The notes under the pieces were generated by a model, which was not told where the DNA came from, searched no databases, and saw only the letters and a list, made by a program, of their open reading frames with translations. Source: an uncultured Candidatus Rokubacteria bacterium (GTDB taxonomy: Bacteria; Methylomirabilota; Methylomirabilia; Rokubacteriales; DASRDR01). From it: a stretch of 64,000 bases of DNA. Positions within the stretch are counted from its first letter, which is position 1. Each line of letters starts with the position of its first letter. The stretch is from assembly GCA_963805625.1 (NCBI GenBank), contig CAWDVE010000011.1, positions 1-64,000 on the forward strand, given 5' to 3'. The position numbers and the translations under genes were made by a program. Below, piece by piece: positions 1 to 11,894 of this stretch.

Positions 1-1441
<1,441 letters not shown>

Positions 1442-1445
1442 GATG

Positions 1446-2735
1446 TCAATTTCTTTCGATGTTGAGTTTCAGAAAGTGTGTCGCGCAGGAGATGCAGGGA
1501 TCATAATTGCGAATTGCGTGCTCACAGCGGCGGGTCAGCTTGTCCGCAGGCAGGTCGATGGATTGCTCCACGAATTTCAGGAGGTCATTCTCGATGCTTC
1601 TTTGATTTTGTGAAGTGGGCGGGACAATATTCGCCTCGAGGATCACACCATCGCCGTCGATCCGGTAGCGGTGGAAAAGAATGCCGCGCGGCGCCTCGGT
1701 GCAGGCACAACCGATTGCGGCGCGCGGAGGAACTTCCATGGCGGGCGTGGCGGGCGGTTCGTAATCGGCGATGATTTGCAAGGCTTCCTCGCAGGCGTGA
1801 AGCACTTCGACAGAGCGAATGATTATGCTTTTGAAGGGGTTGCGGCATGATCCGTCCAAACCGGCGTCGCGAGCAGCCTGGCGCGCGGCAGGCAAAAGCT
1901 GATCGAAGTTTAGGTTAAACCGCGCCATCGGTCCGACTTGATAGGCGTCCCGCCCTTGATGCAGGCAATGCAGGGCGCTGGAATACGGAACCTGTTCCTC
2001 AATAAAGTGCGTCTCGAACTCGCGGGCTTCGATCTCAAATCCCGCGCTCGAACGAATGCGGCCCTCGTTGAACGGATATTCGTTGGGGTGATGGAGCGCG
2101 ACGAATTCATAATCCCGCTCGAAATCCGGAAACGGAAAATCCGCCACCCAGCGAACGGTTTCAATCGCCGCATCGCGCGCCCATTTCAGTCGCTCGGCGA
2201 GCGCCTTGAAATCGGCCTTGTCAGGCAGTTTGTAGAATCCCCCGACTCGCACGTTGATGGGATGGATCTCCCGCCCGCCGAGCATGCGGAGGATTTCGTT
2301 GCCCGCCTTCTTGAGTTGCAAACCGCGCTGCACGACGTCTCGAAAGTCCTTCGCCATGTGCATCGCGCTCTCGTAGCCCAGGAAATCGGGCGCATGCAGC
2401 ATGTAGATGTGCAAAGCGTGGCTTTCGATCCATTCACCGCAGTAAATGAGTCTCCGGAGCGCGCGAAGCTGTCCGCCAACGCAAACGCCACATGCATCCT
2501 CCACCGCGTGGACGGCGCTCATCATGTAAGCAATTGGACAAATCCCGCAGATCCGTGCAGTGATATCGGGCGCCTCCCGCGAGTGACGGCCGCGCAGAAG
2601 CGCCTCAAAGAAACGGGGCGGCTCGAAGATCTTTAGCTTCACGCCGGCGACACGGCCGTTCGCGATTTTCACGCACACCGCGCCTTCGCCTTCGACACGC
2701 GCGAGGTAGTTAACGCTAATGGTGCGGGTTTTCAT
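1446..2735 (-). CDS. hydA: Group 3b [NiFe]-hydrogenase (sulfhydrogenase) large/alpha subunit
   Basis: ARVEGEG, L1 motif RICGIC, L2 motif DPCISCATH; ATG at 2735. Confidence 0.95.
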   Translation of the reverse strand: MKTRTISVNYLARVEGEGAVCVKIANGRVAGVKLKIFEPPRFFEALLRGRHSREAPDITARICGICPIAYMMSAVHAVEDACGVCVGGQLRALRRLIYCGEWIESHALHIYMLHAPDFLGYESAMHMAKDFRDVVQRGLQLKKAGNEILRMLGGREIHPINVRVGGFYKLPDKADFKALAERLKWARDAAIETVRWVADFPFPDFERDYEFVALHHPNEYPFNEGRIRSSAGFEIEAREFETHFIEEQVPYSSALHCLHQGRDAYQVGPMARFNLNFDQLLPAARQAARDAGLDGSCRNPFKSIIIRSVEVLHACEEALQIIADYEPPATPAMEVPPRAAIGCACTEAPRGILFHRYRIDGDGVILEANIVPPTSQNQRSIENDLLKFVEQSIDLPADKLTRRCEHAIRNYDPCISCATHFLKLNIERN

Positions 2736-3506
2736 GGGCTTCGCTTTCTTTGCGAAAGGCTTCGGCATAAGCATTGAAGCTGCGGAAGGTTCTCACGAGA
2801 TCAGGTTTGCTCACGCCGAGCCGGGAGCCGAACCACTCGCTCACCGAGGCGGTATTCGGTGTTTCCTTCGGACCGTAGCAGCCGTAGCAACCCCGGTTGT
2901 AAGCGGGACAGATCGCACCACAGCCCGCGTGTGTAACCGGGCCGAGGCACGGCGTGCCGTGCGCGACCATCACGCAAACCGTCCCGCGCAGCTTGCACTC
3001 CACGCAGACGCTGTGCGGCGGGGTGTTTGGCTTGCGGTCGTGCAGAAAGGCGCTGATGACTTCGACAAGTTGATGCTTGTTGATCGGGCAACCGCGCAAC
3101 TCGAAATCGACGAAGACGTGGTCGGAGATCGGGGTCGATTTGTTCAGCGTTTCGATATACGCTGGGGTGGCGTAAACGATGCGCGCAAACTCCTTTACGT
3201 CCTTGAAGTTGCGCAGCGCCTGAATGCCGCCACTCGTGGCGCATGCGCCGATCGTCACAAGGTATTTGGACGCGCGCCGGATGTGATGGATGCGCTCCGC
3301 GTCGTGCGGCGTGGTGATCGAGCCTTCGACGAGCGATAGGTCGTAGGGCCCTTTGACGACCTCGCGCGAAGCCTCGGCGAAGTTGGCGATTTCCAGCTCC
3401 GCGGCGATTGCGAGCAATTCGTCCTCACAATCGAGGAGGCCAATTGGCAGCCGTCGCACGAGGCAAACTTCCAGACCGCAAGTTTCGGGAGGCGTTTTGG
3501 TTTCAT
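2716..3506 (-). CDS. hydD: Group 3b hydrogenase small/delta subunit (one frameshift ~3445)
   Basis: [15 protein letters not shown], then [12 protein letters not shown] and a Cys-rich C-terminus in another frame. Confidence 0.9.
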
Positions 3507-3507
3507 G

Positions 3508-4362
3508 TCAAAGTTCCTCGATTTTCAGCCATTTTCTGATGCGGTCGCAGCGGAAGACAGGCCCGTCTTTGCAGATAAACTCCGGTCCGAACTGGCAATG
3601 GCCGCAAAAGCCGACGGCGCACTTCATGTTTCGCTCCAGCGAGAGGAAGATTCTCTGCTCGGGCACGCCGCGCTTGATCAATTCTTCCATCGAAAAGCGC
3701 ATCATCAGCTCGGGTCCACATACCATGGCCGTGCAGTTGTGCGGATCGAAGGGCACGCGCGGTATGAGTGCGGTCACAACGCCAACGTTGCCGCGCCAGT
3801 TGCCGGTAGCGCGGTTCACCGTCGTGTAGAGCTGCAGACCGCCGTCGCACAGGCGTTGCAGTTCACTCCGGTAAAGCATGTCTTCTGCAGTGCGTATTCC
3901 GTAAATGAGCGTCACCCGGCGGTCTTGCCCTCGCCCCAGGAAGTATTCCATAGCTGCGCGCAGCGGCGCCAGTCCGATGCCCCCCGCGACCAGCACCACG
4001 TCCCGGCCGCCGGCTTCCCTGAGCGGCCAGCAGCTTCCAAAGGGACCACGCACGCCAAGAACATCTCCGCGTCGCAGCTTGCTCATCGCCATGGTAACGG
4101 TCCCGACCGTGCGCGTGGTATGCGCAAGGCCATTCCTCGTCTTCGCGCAAATTGAGATCGGCGCCTCGCCAACGCCGAACACATAGAGCATGTTGAACTG
4201 GCCCGGGGCAAATGAAAAGCTGTCGGTTGGATCTGACGCTTCGAGTTCGATCGTAAAGGTATCGGGATTCTCTCTGCGAATACGCCGAATCCGATACCGG
4301 CGCGGAAGCATCGGATCACCTTCCCCCGTGGAGACTTTTTCGTTTTCAACGAGGCTGACCAT
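3508..4362 (-). CDS. hydG: Group 3b hydrogenase gamma subunit (FAD/NAD-binding, 2Fe-2S)
   Basis: PGQF, GPFG, AGGIGLAP, MKCAVGFCGHCQ...CKDGPVF; ATG at 4362. Confidence 0.92.
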   Translation of the reverse strand: MVSLVENEKVSTGEGDPMLPRRYRIRRIRRENPDTFTIELEASDPTDSFSFAPGQFNMLYVFGVGEAPISICAKTRNGLAHTTRTVGTVTMAMSKLRRGDVLGVRGPFGSCWPLREAGGRDVVLVAGGIGLAPLRAAMEYFLGRGQDRRVTLIYGIRTAEDMLYRSELQRLCDGGLQLYTTVNRATGNWRGNVGVVTALIPRVPFDPHNCTAMVCGPELMMRFSMEELIKRGVPEQRIFLSLERNMKCAVGFCGHCQFGPEFICKDGPVFRCDRIRKWLKIEEL

Positions 4363-4807
4363 AGTCGAGAAGCTGGAGGCGCGTGGCCTGCAAGCGCTGG
4401 AGCATGATGCCGCCGACGCGCATCGCGAACTCGTAGCCGAATTCGTGGTCTTCATTCGCTTTGTCGCGAAGGATGGCGGCATCAAAAGCAACGACATCGG
4501 TTGGCTCGATCGCTCTCGCGCCAAAGTGCCAGACGAACGGCGGGAACAGCCAGGACCACCCAAGCGCCTCGCCTGCCTCGAGAGTTTGAATGGTCACAAC
4601 GCCATTGCCGGGGATAAAGGGTGTTTCAAGAGCAACCCGTCCCTGATAGATCAGATAGAAATGATCCGCTTCGGAACCTGTCTGGAAAATCTGCTGCCGC
4701 GGTCCGAAGTGCTGGAGAGTCGCACACTCTCGAAGCAAATGCGAGTAACGCTGATGGAGGTTTTCCAAAAACGGGTGTCGGGCTATGATGTCTTCAAGGG
4801 CTTCCAC
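4346..4807 (-). CDS. Cyclic-nucleotide-binding domain protein
   Basis: HPFL...[15 protein letters not shown]...GEALGWSWL; GTG start with AGGAGG RBS. Confidence 0.85.
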   Translation of the reverse strand: MEALEDIIARHPFLENLHQRYSHLLRECATLQHFGPRQQIFQTGSEADHFYLIYQGRVALETPFIPGNGVVTIQTLEAGEALGWSWLFPPFVWHFGARAIEPTDVVAFDAAILRDKANEDHEFGYEFAMRVGGIMLQRLQATRLQLLDYGQPR

Positions 4808-5440
4808 GGGAGGCCTCCTTTGGTGTTGATGAAGCTGAAATTTCCGACGCCCGGATGGCGCGAACTTCCTCGGTGATGTCAATGCCAACCGGGCACCACG
4901 TGATGCAACGCCCGCAGCCGACACAGCCCGATGTGCCAAACTGGTCAATCCACGTCGCCAGCTTGTGAGTCATCCACTGGCGATACCGCGACTTGGCAGA
5001 ATGCCGGGCGCTCCCCCCGACGACATGCGAATGGCTCATCGTGAAGCAAGAGTCCCACTTGCGCCACCGCTCGGCATGCTCGCCTTGGAGATCGGTAACA
5101 TCCTCAACCGTCGAGCAAAAGCACGTGGGACAAACCATGGTGCAATTCGCGCAGGTCAGGCAGCGGTCGGCCACGTCGTCCCACCGCGGATGCTCATAAT
5201 TTCGATAGAGAAGTTCTTTGATTCCGGCGGTGTCCATTGTCCGGCCCATTAGACCAGCAGCTCGTGCGACAACCTGCTTGGCGGCCTCCTCCTCAGCTTG
5301 GGTTGCGATACGGTGCTCGACTTGATCGAACACCCTCGCGCCCGCATCGCTGCCAATCTCCACGACAAAGTAATGCACGGAGTTCTCAATGACCTCCGTC
5401 AAGGCGAGGTCGAACCCGCTCGTTGCCTGTGGCCCGGTAT
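4794..5440 (-). pseudogene. hydB: Group 3b hydrogenase beta subunit (4Fe-4S), N-terminal part missing
   Basis: [16 protein letters not shown] and [12 protein letters not shown]. Homology stops at [15 protein letters not shown] (~5440). Confidence 0.85.
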
Positions 5441-7690
5441 TCCTGACGTCTTCGACGACGTGCGCAATGCTCTCCGTCTTGGCGAAACCCGATTCAGTTT
5501 CAGTCCCCCTGGCGCAGTACAATACTGGATTGCCGGGCTTCGAGGTAACACCGGATTCACCGATGCCGCCCAGTTTTGGCCATACGCAGGACTGCGCGGA
5601 TAGATCGTTCTGTCTTCCTTTGTCGCGCAACCTCAACACATTCGTTGGTGGCCGTGGTGCCGGCAAGAGCGCAGCAATCGAGGCGCTAAGTTTCGTCTGT
5701 CAGCCCCATGACTTCGATACGGCTGATCGGAAAGACTCTCCGGACTGGTACACACGTGCCAAGGCCACGCTGGCCGGCTGCAATGTTAGGCTGTGCATCC
5801 AGTTCCTGGGCGGCGACAAGGCTTCTAACATCCCCAAGAGGGCGTTGTTCGCGCGAAGGCATTTCTCGCAATCGGACGAACTTCGAGGCTGTTCACTTCT
5901 CGGACCTGGATGACCGCGAGCTTCTGCCGAATCAGCTTCCACCAAGATCGGTGCAGAGGTTTCGCTTGGGGGAGATCGAGAAGCATGCAGGGGCAAACGT
6001 TTCCGTGTCCTTGTTCGACGGGATATGTGGTCCGGAGATCGAGGACATCGAGACAGAGATCGAGCAGAAGAAGGAAGCTCTGCCGCAACCAACGCCGCGA
6101 CATGTTGGGAATCGCTAGGAACTCGCCACTCTCACTGCCGTCGAGTCGCCTCTACGTGACTACCTGCATACGGCAAGAGCTCCTGGCCGCCGTGGATCGC
6201 CCAGAAGTACGACAAGCGTATGAGAGGATTGACCAACTTGAAAAAGCCCAGAAGTCGGCGACAGCGGCCAAGGACGACTGGGACAGAGATAGAGACTTCG
6301 TTTGACTTGGACCGCCGCGTGTCGGAGGCAAAGGCGTTCTTCGAAAGATATCGTTCGGCCGCGCTGACCGACAGCGGAGAGGTGCTCGCCGACCATGAGG
6401 AACTTGTTCGAATAGTGGGGGAAAATGCCGGGGCTGCTGAAGCTGAGGAAGGGCGTCTCTATGGGATTACGGATGCTGTAGAAACATGAGGAGTCGGGTT
6501 GGGCTCGATCTCAAGCGGACTTGTCAAGTTTCCAGACCAATGTCGCGAACGGCTGTACGTGGGGCACGGGAGGCGTTGCACAGCAGGGACTTCCGAGTGG
6601 TGGAAAGACAGAGAGGCCAAGAAGAAAGCTCTCGAAGAGGCAGAAGAATCACTCAGCCGGTACCGTGACCTGTTGGTCCGATGCGGAGGGAGGAGTCCGC
6701 ACGGCGCGAACCATGGGGGTACTGCGGCAGATCGTCAACAGACGGTCACAGCTGAGAGAGCAGACTGCCACGATGATCAGCGAGCGACTCAAGCGGGACC
6801 TCGACAGTGAATTCTGGTTATCGAGGCTAACGCGCGCGCGCAGTCCGATACCCATGAGTTTCGCAATTGGCTTGAGACAAATTTTTCACATCAGAGCTTC
6901 AAAAGTACCGGGACAAGCGCATTTCGGCCTTGCTGCAGCAGGGATTGACAACCGCGGCTTTGCGGGCGTTACTCAGCAACACTGCGGCATCGGACATATC
7001 GCTCTTAGTCGTGCCTGGGTATGCGTTCTCAGGGGCGAGTGGACAGCGAGAACGCGCAGTCCCTGTATGACAAGTGCGTTGCCGTGAGATGGCTTCCTAG
7101 CCGAGAAGCAAGAGTCCCAGGTTAATGCAGAGGTCTGGGAGTCTTGCCCAGAAGAAATCCGAAGGGTCTATTAGATTTCCCTTCCGAGCTAGACGGAACT
7201 CTCTGCGTAGACGCCGTGCTAGAGCTCGACGAAATCCTTTTCGATGATGAGCCCGTTATTTTGCTGAATGATCGGCCGCAAGACGCCGACTCCAAGCTGC
7301 GTCCGCTTGAGGAGCTTTCTCCCGGGCCAGGTGCAGTGCGATTCTTCCGATTTTGCTGCTTACTGGTGAAGGGCCGCTCGTCATCGATCAACCGGAAGAC
7401 AATCTAGACAACCGCCTGAATACGCCAAGTTATTGTCAATATCCTTGCGAGCATCAAACTTCGGCGGCAGGTGATCGTGGCTACGCACAATCCAAATGTG
7501 CCTGTTCTCGGCGATGTGGAGAATGCCGTCGTTTTGCGTGGCGTGAGGGATCGTGAATGCGTTGTGGATGCTGTCGGCGACCTTGATGAAAGCAAAGTAG
7601 TCCACCAACTGACTCAGGTTATGGAAGGTGGCCGTGAAGCCTTCCGGTATTGTCAGACCACTCTACCAACTCCATTGGTCTGAGTCAGTC
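5440..7690 (+). pseudogene. PHP-associated (TrlF/Ppl-like) ABC/SMC-type ATPase, N-terminal PHP domain missing, multiple frameshifts
   Basis: [15 protein letters not shown] linker, Walker [16 protein letters not shown](Q), PLVIDQPEDNLDN, IVATHNPN, MEGGREAF. Confidence 0.75.
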
Positions 7691-7886
7691 GCCAGCAACG
7701 ACGCAAAAGTGGAAGCCTCGTCAACAAAACTGCAACGGTAGGATCAATGGCACATATGGAAAAAGTGCATTTTGATTACCCAAACAGAGATACATCAAAG
7801 TGGGTAGGGAATTAAATGGCTGGCCAAGGAAGGGTAGCCATAGAACACAGGTGGGACACAGGCTAAACCAAAGAACGCATCTGACG

Positions 7887-8100
7887 CTGTATGATCCCTG
7901 CTGTGGCTCTCGGGCATGTTTGTACAATCAGTAGAGCTCATCCGCGCACAAGCCAAGGCCAGGGCAACAGAGGCAAGAGCGGTACCGAAGCTAAGGCCGA
8001 CATCTCTATATACTGCCAGGAGTCGAACTAGACCACCTGGTGCTTCGCGCGCATGAATCTTGCGATCCGCGCCATCGATTCCGGCCAGATCGCGCAGGGA
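7887..8100 (+). pseudogene. Relic internal fragment of a second type I R-M methyltransferase (HsdM)
   Basis: Manual translation: LYDPCCGS / GMFVQSVELIRA / [35 protein letters not shown]. Confidence 0.75.
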
Positions 8101-8112
8101 AGCCCCTGAGCC

Positions 8113-10597
8113 ATGGCCATCAAGAAATCCGACCTCTACTCCTCGCTCTGGGCCTCGTGCGACGAGCTGCGCGGCGGCATGGATGCCAGCCAGTACAAGG
8201 ACTACGTCCTGTTCATGCTGTTCATCAAGTACATCACCGACAAGTACGGCAACAGCGACGACTTCGCCCCGCCGGTCACGATCCCCAAGGGCGCGAGCTT
8301 CAAGGACATGCTCGCGCTCACGCGGCAAGAGCGACATCGGCGACAAGATCAACACGCAGGTCATCGCGCCGCTCGTCGACGCCAATGCCCGGCTGGCCCG
8401 CAGCGACTTCCCCGACTTCAACGACTCCAACAAGCTCGGCGAAGGGCAGGCCATGGTCGAGCGGCTGACCAACCTGATCAACATCTTCGCAGAAGCCCGC
8501 AGCTCGACTTCTCGCAGAACCGCGCCGAGCACGACGACATCCTCGGCGACGCCTACGAGTACCTGATGCGGCACTTCGCCACCGAGAGCGGCAAGAGCAA
8601 GGGGCAGTTCTACACCCCCGCCGAGGTCAGCCGCGTCATCGCCAAGGTGATCGGCATCTCGCCGAAGAACACGAAGGCGTCCACCACCGCCTACGACCCG
8701 ACCTGCGGCTCGGGCTCGCTGCTGCTGAAGGTGGCCGCCGCAGGCGGGCAAGCACATCACGCTCGAAGGGCAGGAGAAGGACGTGACCACGGCGGGCCTG
8801 GCCCGCATGAACATGATCCTGCACGACTTCCCGACGGCCAACATCCTCTCGGGCAACACGCTGGCCGCGCCCAAGTTCAAGGACGGCGAGCAGCTCCGCA
8901 CCTACGACTACGTCGTCGCCAATCCGCCGTTCTCCGACAAGACCTGGACCACCGGCCTCACGCCATCGAACGACCCGTTCCAGCGCTTCGCCTGGGGCGA
9001 GCCGCCCGCCAAGCAGGGCGACTACGCCTACCTGCTGCACATCATCCGCTCGATGAAGGGCGCGGGCAAAGCCGCCTGCATCCTGCCCCACGGCGTGCTC
9101 TTCCGCGGCAATGCCGAGGCCACGATCCGCCAGCAGCTCGTCCGCTCCGGCTATCTCAAGGGCATCATCGGCCTGCCCGCCAACCTCTTCTACGGCACCG
9201 GCATCCCCGCCTGCATCGTGGTGCTCGACAAGGAGAACGCCGCCGGCCGCAAGGGCGTCTTCATGATCGACGCCTCCAAGGGCTTCATGAAGGACGGCAA
9301 CAAGAACCGCCTGCGCGAGCAGGACATCCACCGCATCGTCGACATCTTCACCAAGCAGGCCGACGTTCCGCGCTACGCCCGCATGGTGCCGCTGGACGAG
9401 ATCGCCGACCCGAAGAACGACTTCAACCTCAACCTGCCGCGCTACATCGACAGCACCGAGCCCGAGGACCTGCAGGACATCGACGGTCACCTGCGCGGCG
9501 GCATCCCGGAGCGCGATCTGGACGCGCTCGGCGCGTACTGGAAGGTGCTCCCCAGCGTGCGCGGCGTGCTGTTCGAGTCCGCGGGCCGCCCCGGCTACGC
9601 GCGCCTGAAGCTGCCGCTCACCGAGGTGAAGCCCGCCATCCTCGGCCACGCCGAGTTCGCCGCCTTCCAGCAGAAGGCGACCAAGGGCTTCGCCGACTGG
9701 CGCAAGGCCACGACGCCGCGCCTCACCGGCTTCGACAAGGACGGCCACCCCAAGGCGCTGATCGAGACCATCGCCGAGGATCTGCTGGCCGCGTTCCGCC
9801 AGGCGCCGCTGCTCGATGCCTACGACGTCTACCAGCACCTGATGGACTACTGGGCCGAGACCATGCAGGACGACGCCTACCTGATCGCCGCCGACGGCTG
9901 GGTGAAGGGCGCGCAGCCGCGCGAGATCGTTCAGGTCAAGAACAAGGACAACAAGCTCACCTGGCCGGAGCCGCACGATTACCTGAAGGGCAAGCGGCGC
10001 TTCAAGTCGGACCTCGTTCCCGCGCCGATTCTCGTCGCCCGCTACTTCGTCGCCGAACGCGATGCCATCGAAGCGCTCGACAACCAGCTCGCCACGCTGG
10101 AGCAACAACTCGACGAGATGCGCGAGGAGAACAGCGGCGAGGAAGGGCTGCTGGCCGAGGTGATCGAGGGCGAGGGCGACAAGCAGAAGATCGCCGCGAA
10201 GGCCGTGAAGGCGCGGCTGAAGGAGATCGGCAAAGACCCGCTCTACGCCGACGAGCGGGCGGCGCTCGAGGCGTACGCTGACCTGCTGGAGCAGCAGACC
10301 GAGGCCAAGGCCAAGCGCAAGGCCGCGCAAGAGGACCTGGACAAGAAGATCGACGCCAAGTACCCCAAGCTCACCGAGGCCGAGATCAAGACGCTGGTGG
10401 TGGACGACAAGTGGATGGCGCGCCTGTCGGCCGCCGTGCAGGGCGAGCTCGACCGCGTCTCGCAGACCCTCACCGGCCGCATCCGCGAGCTGGCCGAACG
10501 CTACGCCACGCCGCTGCCGAAGCTCACCGACGAAGTGGAGACGCTCGCCGCCCGGGTCGAGGAGCATCTGAAGAAGATGGGGGCGTCATGGAAGTGA
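8113..10597 (+). CDS. hsdM: Type I R-M methyltransferase HsdM (long form; ~3 frameshifts in first 650 bp)
   Basis: LWASCDELRGGMD, GQFYTP, YDPTCGSG, VANPPF. Confidence 0.93.
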
Positions 10598-11894
10598 GGC
10601 CCGGCTACAAGCAGACGGAGGTGGGCGTCATTCCGGAGGACTGGGATGTCAAGCCGCTCGGCGAACTGTCGACTTCGAACGGCGTCGGACGCACGAGCAT
10701 GGCCAATCCGGAGTATTCGAGAGCGGCGGTATCCCATTCGTCGAGCATCACGAACATCGAGAGTCGGCACGACTCGACTTGACGGACGACATTCGTCGAT
10801 CGTTACTGCAGAGCCTCGAGCAACGCATCCGACAGTGCCTACGAGCCAGGCGATGTGCTGTTCTGTCGTCGGAACGAGTCACTGGCGATCGTACTTGGCG
10901 AGCGCCGAGTCGACGATGGCGTGCAATCAGTCTCAGGCGTCGCTCGATCCGTTCGACCGACTGCGCAGTCGACGCGAGTATCTCTTCTAGCGATTGCTCA
11001 TCAGCGATCCTCGAGGCGGCAGTCATCGAGCATCGCGACGGAGTCGACGTCAGGCGAATCACCAGTCAACGTGAGCTCAGGAGCTTCGCGATTCCAGTTC
11101 CCTCCGCCATCCCCGAACAACGCGCCATCGCGACGGCATTGAGCGATGTGGATGCGCTGCTGGGCGGGCTGGATCGGCTCATCGCCAAGAAGCGCGACCT
11201 CAAACAGGCCGCCATGCAGCAGCTCCTGACCGGCCAGACCCGCCTCCCCGGCTTCCACGGCGAGTGGGAGGTGAAGCGGCTCGGCGACATCGTGAGCACG
11301 CGATTCGCAGACGGGATGCGCATCGGCCGATCGACGCGACGAGCGTCCGCGTATCTATCCGTGCAACGACTTGCGTCGATGACAAGTTGGATCGCAGCTC
11401 GCTGCGATCGACTCTCGAGCGCGATCAGCGACGAGTCTCGAAGCACAGTCGCAGGCTGCGGCAGGGCGACATCCTGTTCGACAGACAGCGTCGGTTGGCC
11501 AGGTGGCGCTGACGATACGGACGTCGAGCTGCAGCATGCGAGTCTGCTCGATCAGCGACTGATCGCGCGTTCGATCCCAAGGCGTCAGCGCGATCGCCGT
11601 GTTCGTGCTTCTATGCACTCGCTGATGCAGACCGGCATGATCGTCATGACTGCCAACGGCACTCGCTCAGGGCAACTCATACGCGATCGAGCTGGCGACT
11701 TCGCAGCATCGCGATTCCGCTCCCAGCTGTCGCCGAACAAACCGCCATCGCCGCCGTGCTCTCCGACATGGACGCCGAGCTGGCGGCGCTCGAAGCCCGG
11801 CGCGACAAGACCCGCGACCTCAAGCAGGCGATGATGCAGGAGCTGCTCACCGGCAAGACGCGGCTCGTTCCCGCCGGAGCGCGCCCATGCCTGA
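10588..11894 (+). CDS. hsdS: Type I R-M specificity subunit HsdS; conserved regions intact, both TRDs unreadable
   Basis: [14 protein letters not shown]; [14 protein letters not shown]...[11 protein letters not shown]; [12 protein letters not shown]...[11 protein letters not shown]. Confidence 0.88.

Noticed and set aside
4794-5666. Novel N-terminal extension on hydB
   Set aside because: The extra residues are the antisense of the ATPase fragment across the ~5440 junction.
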